DNA of 64,000 bases from Eledone cirrhosa. Its lineage: Eukaryota. Position 1 is the first letter of the stretch. The number at the start of each line of letters is the position of its first letter. Shown here in pieces: positions 11,201-24,555 of the stretch. The stretch is from NCBI GenBank assembly GCA_964016885.1, contig OZ024741.1:260648001-260712000 (forward strand), written 5' to 3'. The translations under genes and the position numbers were made by a program. Under the pieces are notes generated by a model. It ran no database searches and was not told the DNA's origin. It saw only the letters and a program-made list of their open reading frames with translations.

Positions 11201-14200
11201 ATTGTTTTGACTTACGATTGTTTTGGCTTACGAATGTTTCGACTTACGAGTGTTTCGACTTACGAGTGTTTTGACTTACGAGTGTTTTGTCTTACGGGTG
11301 TTTTGACATACGAGTGTTTCGATACGAGTGTTCTGACTTACGAGTGTTCTGACTTACGAGTGTTCTGACTTACGAGTGTTCTGACTTACGGGTGTTCTGA
11401 CTTACGAGTGCTCCGACTTACGAGTGATTCGGCTTATGAGGGTTTCGACTTACGAGTGCTTCGGCTTACGAGTGTTTCGACCTACGAGTGTTTCGGCTTA
11501 CGAGTGTTTTGACTTACGAATGTTTTGGCTTACGCGTGTTTCGGCTTACGAGTGTTTCGAATTACGAGTGTTTCAACTTACGAGTGTGACTTACGGTGTT
11601 TCGGCTTACGAGTGTTTCGACTCACGAGAGTTTTAACTTACGGGTGTTTCGACTTACGCGTGTTTCGACTTACGAATGTTCCGACTTACGAGTGTTTCGA
11701 CTTACGAGTGTTTCGGCGTACGAGTGTTTCGACTTACGAGTGTTTTGACTTACGTGTGTTTCGGCTTACGAGTGTTTTGACTTACGAGTGTTTTGACTTA
11801 CGAGTGTTTTGACTTACGGGTGTTTTGACATACGAGTGTTTCGATACGAGTGTTCTGACTTACGAGTGTTCTGACTTACGAGCGTTCTGACTTACGAGTG
11901 TTCTGACTTACGAGTGGTCTGACTTACGGGTGTTCTTACTTACGAGTGTTCCGACTTACGAGTGTTTCAGCTTATGAGTGTTTCGACTTACGAGTGCTTT
12001 GGTTTACGAGTGTTTCGACTTACGAGTGTTTCGACTTACGAGTGTTTTGACTTACGAGTGTTTTGACTAACGGTGTTTCTGCTTACGAGTGTTTCGACTT
12101 ACGAGTGTTATGACTTACGGGTGTTTTGACATACGAGTGTTTCGATACGAGTGTTTCGACTTACGAGTGTTACGAGTGTTCTGACTTACGAGTGTTTCGA
12201 CTTACGAGTGTTCTGACCTACGAGTGTTCTGACTTACGAGTGTTTCGACTTACGAGTGTTTTGACTTACGGGTGTTTCGACTTACGAGTGTTTCGAGTTA
12301 CGAGTGTTTCGAGTTACGAGTGTTTCGACTTACGAGTGTTTTTACTTACGAATGTTCTGACTTACGGGTGTTTCGGCTTACGAGTGTTTCGACTTACGAG
12401 TGTTTTAACTTACGGGTGTTTCTACTTACGCGTGTTTCGACTTGCAAGTGTTTCGACTTACGAGTGTTTCGACCTGCAAGTGTTTCGACTTACGAGTGTT
12501 TCGACTACGAATGTTCCGACTTACGAGTGTTTCGACTTACGGGTGTTCCGACTTACGAGTGTTTCGTCTTACGATTGTTGTGACTTACGATTGTTTTGGC
12601 TTACGAATGTTTCGACTTACGAGTGTTTCGACTTCCGAGTGTTTTGACTTACGAGTGTTCTGATTACGAGTGTTCTGACTTACGGGTGTTCTGACTTACG
12701 AGTGTTCCGACTTACGAGTGTTTCGGCGTATGAGTGTTTCGACTTACGGGCGTTTCGACTTACGAGTGTTTTGACTTACGAGTGTTCTGACTTACTAGTG
12801 TTCCGACTTACGACTGTTTCGACTTACGAGTGTTTCGACTTACGAGTGTTCCGACTTACGAGTGTTTCGGCTTACGGGTGTTTCGACGTACGAGTATTTT
12901 TGGCTTACGAGTGTTTCGACTTACGAGTGTTTTGAATTACGATTGTTTCGGCTTACGAGTGTTTCGACTTACGAGTATTTCGACTTACGAGTTTTTTTAC
13001 TTACGGTGTTTCGGCTTACGAGTGTTTCGACTTACGAGTGTTTTGACTTACGGGTGTTTTGACATACGAGTGTTTCGATACGAGTGCTCTCACTTACGAG
13101 TGTTCTGACTTACGAGTGTTCTGACTTACGAGTGTTCTGACTTACGGGTGTTCTGACTTACGTGTGTTCCGACTTACGAGTGTTAAGGTTATGGGTGTTT
13201 CGACTTACGAGTGTTTCGACTTACGAATGTTTTGGCTTACGAGTGTTTCGGCTTACGAATGTTTCGACTTACGAATGTTTTGGCTTACGAGTGTTTCGGC
13301 TTACGGGTGTTTCGACTTACGAGTGTTTCGACTTACGAGTGTTTTGACTTACGGTGTTTCGGCTTACGATTTATTCGACATACGAGTGTTTCGACTTACG
13401 GGTGTTTCGACTCACGGGTGTTTCGACTTACGAGTGTTTCGACTTATGAGTGTTTCGACTTACGAGTGTTCTGACTTACGAGTGTTCTGACTTACGAGTG
13501 TTCCGACTTACGAGTGTTTCGGTTTACGAGTGATTCGACATACGAGTGTTTTGACTTACGGGTGATTCGACTTACGGGTGTTTCGACTTACGAGTGTTTC
13601 GGCTTACGAGTGTTTCGACTTACTAATGTTTTTACTTACGAGTGTTTCGGTGTACGAGTGTTTCGACTTAAGGATGTTTCGACTTACGAGTGTTTCGACT
13701 TACGTGTGTTTCGGCTTACGTGAGTTTCGACTTAAGAGTGTTCTGATTTACGAGTGTTCTGACTTGCGGGTGTTCTGATTTACGAGTGTTCCGACTTACG
13801 AGTGTTTCGGCTTATGAGTGTTTCGACTTACGAGTGTTTCGGCTTACGAGTGTTTCGACTTATGGGTGTTTTGACTTACGAGTGTTTTTACTTACGGTGT
13901 TTCGGCTTACGAGTGTTTCGACATACGAGTGTTCAGACTTACGAGTGTTCCGACTTACGAGCGTTCCGACTTACGAGTGTTTCGGCTTACGAGTGTTTCA
14001 GTGTTTCGGCTTACGTGTGTTTCGACTTACGAGTGTTTCGACTTACGACTGTTTCGGCTTACGAGTGTTTCGGCTTACGAGTGTTTCGGCTTACGAGTGT
14101 TTTGACTTACGAGTGTTTTGACTTACGATTGTTTGGCTTACGAGTGTTCTGACTTACGGGTGTTCTGACTTACGAGTGTTTCGGCTTATGAGGGTTTCGA

Positions 14201-17200
14201 CTTACGACTGTTTCGGCTTATGAGGGTTTCGACTTACGAGTGCTTCGGCTTACGAGTGTTTCGACTTACGAGTGTTTCGGCTTACGAGTGTTTCGACTTA
14301 CGAGTGTTTCGACTTACGAGTGTTTTGACTTACGGTGTTTCGGCTTACGAATGTTTCGACATACGAGTGTTTTGACGTACGGGTGTTTCGACTTACGGGT
14401 CTTTCGACTTAAGAGTGTTTCGACTTACGAGCGATTCGACTTACGAGTGTTTCGACTTACGAGTGTTTCGGCGTATGAGTGTTTTGACTCACGAGTGTTT
14501 CGACTTACGAGTGTTTCGACTTACGAGTGTTTCGAATTACGAGTGTTTCGACTTACGAGTGTTTTGACTTACGAGTGTTTTGACTTACGGTGTTTCTGCT
14601 TACGAGTGTTTCGACTTACGAGTGTTATGACTTACGGGTGTTTTGACATACGAGTGTTTCGACTTACGAGTGTTTTGACTTACGGGTGTTTTGACATACG
14701 AGTGTTTCGATACGAGTGTTCTGACTTACGAGTGTTCTGACTTACGAGTGTTCTGACTTACGAGTGTTTCGACATACGAGTGTTTTGACTTACGGGTGTT
14801 TCGACTTACGAGTGTTTTGACTTACGAATGTTTTGACTTACGGGTGTTTCGGCTTACGAGTGTTTCGACTTACGAGTGTTTCGGCTTACGAGTGTTTCGA
14901 CTTACTAATGTTTTTAAAACGGGTGTTTCGGCGTACGAGAGTTTTGAATTACGAGTGTTTCGACTTACGAGTGTTTCGACTTACGAGTATTTTGACTTAC
15001 GAATGTTTTGACTTACGGGTGTTTCGGCTTACGAGTGTTTCGACTTACTAATGTTTTTACTTACGAGTGTTTCGGCGTACGAATGTTTCGACTTCCGAGT
15101 GTTTCGACTTACGGGTGTTTTGACTTACGGGTGTTTCGGCTTACGAGTGTTTTGACTTACGAGTGTTTTGACTTAAGGGTGTTTCGACTTACGAGTATTT
15201 TTGGCTTACGAGTGTTTCGACTTACGAGTGTTTTGACTTACGAGTGTTCTGATTTACGGATGTTTCGACATACGAGTGTTTCGACTTAAGAGTGTTTCGA
15301 CTTATGAGTGTTTCGACTTACGAGTGTTTCGACTTACGAGTGTTTCGGCTTATGATTGTTTCGACTTACGAGTGTTTTGACTTACGGTGTTTCAGCTTAC
15401 GAGTGTTTCGACTTACGAGTGTTTTGACTTACGGGTGTTTTGACATACGAGTGTTTCGATACGAGTGTTCTGACTTACGAGTGTTCTGACTTACGAGTGT
15501 TTTGACTTACGAGTGTTCTGACTTACGAGTGTTCCGACTTACGAGTGTTCCGACTTACGAGTGTTTCGGCTTACGAGTGTTTCCGGCTTACGAGTGTTAC
15601 GACTTACGAGTGTTTTGACTTACGGTGTTTCGGCTTACGAGTCATTCAACTTACGAGTGTTTTGACTTAAGGGTGTTTTGACTTACGGGTGTGGTGAATT
15701 ACGAGTGTTCCGATTTACGAGTGTTTTGAGTTACGGTGTTTCGGCTTACGAGTGATTCGACTTACGAATGTTTTGACTTACGGGTGTTTCGGATTGCGAG
15801 TGTTTCGACTTACGAGTGTTTCGGCTTATGAGTGTTTCGACTTACTAATGTTTTTACTTACGAGTGTTCTGACTTACGAGGGTTCCGACTTAAGAGTGTT
15901 CCGACTTACGAGTGTTTCGGCTTACGAGTGTTTCCGGCTTACGAGTGTTTCGACTTACGAGTGTTTCGACTTACGAGTGTTTTGACTTACGGTGTTTCGA
16001 CTTACGAGTGATTCGACTTACGAGTGTTTTGACTTACGGGTGTTTTGACTTACGGGTGTTGTGAATTACGAGTGTTCCGATTTACGAGTGTTTTGACTTA
16101 CGAGTGTTCTGACTTACGAGTGTTCTGACTTACGAGTGTTCTGAATTACGAGTGTTCTGATTTACGAGTGTTCCGACTTACGAGTCTTTCGGCTTACGAG
16201 TGTTTCGGCTTACGAGTGTTTCGACTTACGAGTGTTTCGACTTACGAGTGTTCCGACTTACGGGTGTTTCGACTTACGAGTGGTTTGGCTTACGGTGTTT
16301 CGGCTTACGAGTGTTTCGAGTTACGAGTGTTTTGACTTACGGGTGTTTTGACATACGAGTGTTTCGATACGAGTGTTCTGACTTACGAGTGTTCTGACTT
16401 ACGAGTGTTCTGACTTACGGGTGTTCTGACTTACGAGTGTTCCGACTTACGAGTGTTTCGGCTTATGAGGGTTTCGACTTACGGGTGTTTCGGTTTGCGA
16501 GTGTTTCGACTTACGAGTGTTTCGGCTTATGGGTGTTTCAACTTACTAATGTTTTTACTTACGAGTGTTTCGGCGTACGAGTGTTTTGACTTACGAGTGT
16601 TTCGACTTACGAGTGTTTCGACTTACGAGTGTTTCGGCTTACGTGAGTTTCGACTTAAGTGTGTTCTGATTTACGAGTGTTCTGACTTGCGGGTGTTCTG
16701 ATTTACGAGTGTTCCGACTTACGAGTGTTTCGACTTATGAGTGTTTCGACTTACGAGTGTTTCGGCTTACGAGTGTTTCGACTTATGGGTGTTTCGACTT
16801 ACGAGTGCTTTTACTTACGGTGTTTCGGCTTACGAGTGTTTCGACATACGAGTGTTTTGACTTACGGGTGTTTCGACTTACGAGTGTTTTGACTTACGAA
16901 TGTTTTGACTTACGGGTGTTTCGGCTTACGAGTGTTTCGACTTACGAGTGTTTCGGATTACGAGTGTTTCGACTTACTAATGTTCTTACTTACGAGTGTT
17001 TCGGCGTACGAGAGTTTTGACTTACGAGTGTTTCGAATTACGAGTGTTTCGAATTACGAGTGTTTTGACTTACGAATGTTTTGACTTACGGGTGTTTCGG
17101 CTTACGAGTGTTTCGACTTACGAGTCTTTCGGCTTACGAGTGTTTCGACTTACTAATGTTTTTACTTACGAGTGTTTCGGCGTACGAGTGTTTCGACTTA

Positions 17201-20200
17201 CGAGTGTTTCGACTTACGAGTATTTTTGGCTTACGAGTGTTTCGACTTACGAGTGTTTTGACTTACGAGTGTTCTGATTTACGGATGTTTCGACATACGA
17301 GTGTTTCGACTTACGAGTGTTTCGACTTATGAGTGTTTCGACTTACGACTGTTTCGACTTACGAGTGTTTCGGCTTATGAGTGTTTCGACTTACGAGTGT
17401 TTCGACTTACGAGTGTTTTGACTTACGGGTGTTTTGACATACGAGTGTTTCGATACGAGTGTTCTGACTTACGAGTGTTCTGACTTACGAGTGTTTTGAC
17501 TCACGAGTGTTCTGACTTACGAGTGTTCCGACTTACGAGTGTTTTGACTTACGGTGTTTCGGCTTACGAGTGATTCGACTTACGAATGTTTTGACTTACG
17601 GGTGTTTCGGCTTGCGAGTGTTTCGACTTACGAATGTTTCGGCTTACGAGTGTTTCGACTTACTAATTTTTTTACTTACGAGTGTTTCGGCGTACGAGAG
17701 TTTTGACTTACGAGTGTTTCGACTTACGAGTGTTTTGACTTACGAATGTTTTGACTTACGGGTGTTTCGGCTTATGAGTGTTTCGACTTACGAGTCTTTC
17801 GGCTTACGAGTGTTTCGACTTACTAATGTTTTTACTTACGAGTGTTTCGGCGTACGAGTGTTTCGACTTACGAGTGTTTCGACTTACGGGTGTTTTGACT
17901 TACGGGTGTTTCGGCTTACGAGTGTTTCGACTTACGATTGTTTGGCTTACGAATGTTTCGACTTACGAGTGTTTCGACTTACGAGAGTTTGACTTACGGT
18001 GTTTCGGCTTACGAGTGTTTCGACTTACGAGTGTTTTGACTTACGGGTGTTTTGACATACGAGTGGTTCGATACGAGTGTTCTGACTTACGAGTGTTCTG
18101 ACTTACGAGTGTTCTGACTTACGGGTGTTCTGACTTACGAGTGTTCCGACTTACGAGTGTTTCGGCTTATGAGGGTTTCGACTTACGAGTGCTTCGGCTT
18201 ACGAGTGTTTCGACTTACGAGTGTTTCGGCTTACGAGTGTTTCGATTTACGAATGTTTTGGCTTACGAGTGTTTCGGCTTACGAGTGTTTCGACTTACGA
18301 GTGTTTCGACTTACGAGTGTTTTGACTTACGGTGTTTCGGCTTACGAGTGTTTCGACATACGAGTGTTTTGACGTACGGGTGTTTCGACTTACGGGTGTT
18401 TCGACTTAAGAGTGTTTCGACTTACGAGCGCTTCGACTTACGAGTGTTTCGGCTTACGAGTGTTTCGGCGTATGAGTGTTTCGACTTACGAGTCTTTCGG
18501 CTTACGAGTGTTTCGACTTACTAATGTTTTTACTTACGAGTGTTTCGGCGTACGAGTGTTTCGACTTACGAGTGTTTCGACTTACGGGTGTTTTGACTTA
18601 CGGGTGTTTTGACCTACGAGTGTTTCGACTTACGAGTGTTTCGGCTTATGAGGGTTTCGACTTACGAATGTTTTGGCTTACGAGTGTTTCGGCTTACGAG
18701 TGTTTCGACTTATGAGTGTTTCGACTTACGAGTGTTTTGACTTACGGTGTTTCGGCTTACGAGTGTTTCGACATACGAGTGTTTTGACGTACGGGTGTTT
18801 CGACTTACGAGTGTTTCGACTTAAGAGTGTTTCGACTTACGAGCGCTTCGACTTACGAGTGTTTCGGCTTACGAGTGTTTCGGCGTATGAGTGTTTTGAC
18901 TTACGAGTGTTTCGACTTACGAGTGTTTCGACTTACGAGTGTTTCGACTTACGAGTGTTTCGACTTACGAGTGTTTTGACTTACGAGTGTTTTGACTAAC
19001 GGTGTTTCTGCTTACGAGTGTTTCGACTTACGAGTGTTATGACTTACGGGTGTTTTGACATACGAGTGTTTCGATACGAGTGTTTCGACTTACGAGTGTT
19101 ACGAGTGTTCTGACTTACGAGTGTTTCGACTTACGAGTGTTCTGACCTACGAGTGTTCTGACTTACGAGTGTTTCGACTTACGAGTGTTTTGACTTACGG
19201 GGGTTTCGACTTACGAGTGTTTCGAGTTACGAGTGTTTCGAGTTACGAGTGTTTCGACTTACGAGTGTTTTTACTTACGAATGTTCTGACTTACGGGTGT
19301 TTCGGCTTACGAGTGTTTCGACTTACCAGTGTTTTAACTTACGGGTGTTTCTACTTACGCGTGTTTCGACTTGCAAGTGTTTCGACTTACGAGTGTTTCG
19401 ACTTGCAAGTGTTTCGACTTACGAGTGTTTCGACTACGAATGATCCGACTTACGAGTGTTTCGACTTACGAGTGTTTCGACTTACGAGTGTTCTGACTTA
19501 CGGGTGTTCCGACTTACGAGTGTTTCGGCTTACGATTGTTTTGACTTACGATTGTTTTGGCTTACGAATGTTTCGACTTACGAGTGTTTCGACTTACGAG
19601 TGTTTTGACTTACGAGTGTTTTGTCTTACTGGTGTTTTGACATACGAGTGTTTCGATACGAGTGTTCTGACTTACGAGTGTTCTGACTTACGAGTGTTCT
19701 GACTTACGAGTGTTCTGACTTACGGGTGTTCTGACTTACGAGTGCTCCGACTTACGAGTGATTCGGCTTATGAGGGTTTCGACTTACGAGTGCTTCGGCT
19801 TACGAGTGTTTCGACCTACGAGTGTTTCGGCTTACGAGTGTTTTGACTTACGAATGTTTTGGCTTACGCGTGTTTCGGCTTACGAGTGTTTCGAATTACG
19901 AGTGTTTCGACTTACGAGTGTTTTGACTTACGGTGTTTCGGCTTACGAGTGTTTCGACTCACGAGAGTTTTAACTTACGGGTGTTTCGACTTACGCGTGT
20001 TTCGACTTACGAATGTTCCGACTTACGAGTGTTTCGACTTACGAGTGTTTCGGCGTACGAGTGTTTCGACTTACGAGTGTTTTGACTTACGTGTGTTTCG
20101 GCTTACGAGTGTTTTGACTTACGAGTGTTTTGACTTACGAGTGTTTTGACTTACGGGTGTTTTGACATACGAGTGTTTCGATACGAGTGTTCTGACTTAC

Positions 20201-23200
20201 GAGTGTTCTGACTTACGAGCGTTCTGACTTACGAGTGTTCTGACTTACGAGTGGTCTGACTTACGGGTGTTCTTACTTACGAGTGTTCCGACTTACGAGT
20301 GTTTCAGCTTATGAGTGTTTCGACTTACGAGTGCTTCGGTTTACGAGTGTTTCGACTTACGAGTGTTTCGACTTACGAGTGTTTTGACTTACGAGTGTTT
20401 TGACTAACGGTGTTTCTGCTTACGAGTGTTTCGACTTACGAGTGTTATGACTTACGGGTGTTTTGACATACGAGTGTTTCGATACGAGTGTTTCGACTTA
20501 CGAGTGTTACGAGTGTTCTGACTTACGAGTGTTTCGACTTACGAGTGTTCTGACCTACGAGTGTTCTGACTTACGAGTGTTTCGACTTACGAGTGTTTTG
20601 ACTTACGGGTGTTTCGACTTACGAGTGTTTCGAGTTACGAGTGTTTCGAGTTACGAGTGTTTCGACTTACGAGTGTTTTTACTTACGAATGTTCTGACTT
20701 ACGGGTGTTTCGGCTTACGAGTGTTTCGACTTACGAGTGTTTTAACTTACGGGTGTTTCTACTTACGCGTGTTTCGACTTGCAAGTGTTTCGACTTACGA
20801 GTGTTTCGACCTGCAAGTGTTTCGACTTACGAGTGTTTCGACTACGAATGTTCCGACTTACGAGTGTTTCGACTTACGAGTGTTTCGACTTACGAGTGTT
20901 CTGACTTACGGGTGTTCCGACTTACGAGTGTTTCGTCTTACAATTGTTGTGACTTACGATTGTTTTGGCTTACGAATGTTTCGACTTACGAGTGTTTCGA
21001 CTTCCGAGTGTTTTGACTTACGAGTGTTCTGACTACGAGTGTTCTGACTTACGGGTGTTCTGACTTACGAGTGTTCCGACTTACGAGTGTTTCGGCGTAT
21101 GAGTGTTTCGACTTACGAGTGTTCCGACTTACGAGTGTTTCGGCTTACGGGTGTTTCGACGTACGAGTATTTTTGGCTTACGAGTGTTTCGACTTACGAG
21201 TGTTTTGAATTACGATTGTTTCGGCTTACGAGTGTTTCGACTTACGAGTATTTCGACTTACGAGTTTTTTTACTTACGGTGTTTCGGCTTACGAGTGTTT
21301 CGACTTACGAGTGTTTTGACTTACGGGTGTTTTGACATACGAGTGTTTCGATACGAGTGCTCTCACTTACGAGTGTTCTGACTTACGAGTGTTCTGACTT
21401 ACGAGTGTTCTGACTTACGGGTGTTCTGACTTACGTGTGTTCCGACTTACGAGTGTTAAGGTTATGGGTGTTTCGACTTACGAGTGTTTCGACTTACGAA
21501 TGTTTTGGCTTACGAGTGTTTCTGCTTACGAATGTTTCGACTTACGAATGTTTTGGCTTACGAGTGTTTCGGCTTACGGGTGTTTCGACTTACGAGTGTT
21601 TCGACTTACGAGTGTTTTGACTTACGGTGTTTCGGCTTACGATTTATTCGACATACGAGTGTTTCGACTTACGGGTGTTTCGACTTACGGGTGTTTCGAC
21701 TTACGACTGTTTCGACTTATGAGTGTTTCGACTTACGAGTGTTCTGACTTACGAGTGTTCTGACTTACGAGTGTTCCGACTTACGAGTGTTTCGGTTTAC
21801 GAGTGATTCGACATAGGAGTGTTTTGACTTACGGGTGATTCGACTTACGGGTGTTTCGACTTACGAGTGTTTCGGCTTACGAGTGTTTCGACTTACTAAT
21901 GTTTTTACTTACGAGTGTTTCGGTGTACGAGTGTTTCGACTTAAGGATGTTTCGACTTACGAGTGTTTCGACTTACGTGTGTTTCGGCTTACGTGAGTTT
22001 CGACTTAAGAGTGTTCTGATTTACGAGTGTTCTGACTTGCGGGTGTTCTGATTTACGAGTGTTCCGACTTACGAGTGTTTCGGCTTATGAGTGTTTCGAC
22101 TTACGAGTGTTTCGGCTTACGAGTGTTTCGACTTATGGGTGTTTTGACTTACGAGTGTTTTTACTTACGGTGTTTCGGCTTACGAGTGTTTCGACATACG
22201 AGTGTTCAGACTTACGAGTGTTCCGACTTACGAGCGTTCCGACTTACGAGTGTTTCGGCTTACGAGTGTTTCAGTGTTTCGGCTTACGTGTGTTTCGACT
22301 TACGAGTGTTTCGACTTACGACTGTTTCGGCTTACGAGTGTTTCGGCTTACGAGTGTTTCGGCTTACGAGTGTTTTGACTTACGAGTGTTTTGACTTACG
22401 ATTGTTTGGCTTACGAGTGTTCTGACTTACGGGTGTTCTGACTTACGAGTGTTTCGGCTTATGAGGGTTTCGACTTACGACTGTTTCGGCTTATGAGGGT
22501 TTCGACTTACGAGTGCTTCGGCTTACGAGTGTTTCGACTTACGAGTGTTTCGGCTTACGAGTGTTTCGACTTAGGAGTGTTTCGAATTACGAGTGTTTTG
22601 ACTTACGGTGTTTCGGCTTACGAGTGTTTCGACATACGAGTGTTTTGACGTACGGGTGTTTCGACTTACGGGTCTTTCGACTTAAGAGTGTTTCGACTTA
22701 CGAGCGATTCGACTTACGAGTGTTTCGACTTACGAGTGTTTCGGCGTATGAGTGTTTTGACTCACGAGTGTTTCGACTTACGAGTGTTTCGACTTACGAG
22801 TGTTTCGAATTACGAGTGTTTCGACTTACGAGTGTTTTGACTTACGAGTGTTTTGACTTACGGTGTTTCTGCTTACGAGTGTTTCGACTTACGAGTGTTA
22901 TGACTTACGGGTGTTTTGACATACGAGTGTTTCGACTTACGAGTGTTTTGACTTACGGGTGTTTTGACATACGAGTGTTTCGATACGAGTGTTCTGACTT
23001 ACGAGTGTTCTGACTTACGAGTGTTCTGACTTACGAGTGTTTCGACATACGAGTGTTTTGACTTACGGGTGTTTCGACTTACGAGTGTTTTGACTTACGA
23101 ATGTTTTGACTTACGGGTGTTTCGGCTTACGAGTGTTTCGACTTACGAGTGTTTCGGCTTACGAGTGTTTCGACTTACTAATGTTTTTAAAACGGGTGTT

Positions 23201-24555
23201 TCGGCGTACGAGAGTTTTGAATTACGAGTGTTTCGACTTACGAGTGTTTCGACTTACGAGTATTTTGACTTACGAATGTTTTGACTTACGGGTGTTTCGG
23301 CTTACGAGTGTTTCGACTTACTAATGTATTTACTTACGAGTGTTTCGGCGTACGAATGTTTCGACTTCCGAGTGTTTCGACTTACGGGTGTTTTGACTTA
23401 CGGGTGTTTCGGCTTACGAGTGTTTTGACTTACGAGTGTTTTGACTTAAGGGTGTTTCGACTTACGAGTATTTTTGGCTTACGAGTGTTTTGACTTACGA
23501 GTGTTTTGACTTACGAGTGTTCTGATTTACGGATGTTTCGACATACGAGTGTTTCGACTTAAGAGTGTTTCGACTTATGAGTGTTTCGACTTACGAGTGT
23601 TTCGACTTACGAGTGTTTCGGCTTATGATTGTTTCGACTTACGAGTGTTTTGACTTACGGTGTTTCAGCTTACGAGTGTTTCGACTTACGAGTGTTTTGA
23701 CTTACGGGTGTTTTGACATACGAGTGTTTCGATACGAGTGTTCTGACTTACGAGTGTTCTGACTTACGAGTGTTCCGACTTACGAGTGTTCCGACTTACG
23801 AGTGTTTCGGCTTACGAGTGTTTCCGGCTTACGAGTGTTTCGACTTACGAGTGTTTTGACTTACGGTGTTTCGGCTTACGAGTCATTCAACTTACGAGTG
23901 TTTTGACTTACGGGTGTTTTGACTTACGGGTGTGGTGAATTACGAGTGTTCCGATTTACGAGTGTTTTGACTTACGGTGTTTCGGCTTACGAGTGATTCG
24001 ACTTACGAATGTTTTGACTTACGGGTGTTTCGGCTTGCGAGTGTTTCGACTTACGAGTGTTTCGGCTTATGAGTGTTTCGACTTACTAATGTTTTTACTT
24101 ACGAGTGTTCTGACTTACGAGGGTTCCGACTTAAGAGTGTTCCGACTTACGAGTGTTTCGGCTTACGAGTGTTTCCGGCTTACGAGTGTTTCGACTTACG
24201 AGTGTTTCGACTTACGAGTGTTTTGACTTACGGTGTTTCAACTTACGAGTGATTCGACTTACGAGTGTTTTGACTTACGGGTGTTTTGACTTACGGGTGT
24301 TGTGAATTACGAGTGTTCCGATTTACGAGTGTTTTGACTTACGAGTGTTCTGACTTACGAGTGTTCTGACTTACGAGTGTTCTGAATTACGAGTGTTCTG
24401 ATTTACGAGTGTTCCGACTTACGAGTCTTTCGGCTTACGAGTGTTTCGGCTTACGAGTGTTTCGACTTACGAGTGTTTCGACTTACGAGTGTTCCGACTT
24501 ACGGGTGTTTCGACTTACGAGTGGTTTGGCTTACGGTGTTTCGGCTTACGAGTGT
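8300..24555 (+). repeat. Higher-order tandem duplication, about 8.2 kb, junction near 16476
   Basis: Colinear variant patterns: 8533/16709, 9650/17570, 10721/19055, 12126/20463, 13162/21435, 14240/22513, 15292/23565, 15752/23993 (offsets 7.9-8.3 kb). Confidence 0.85.
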
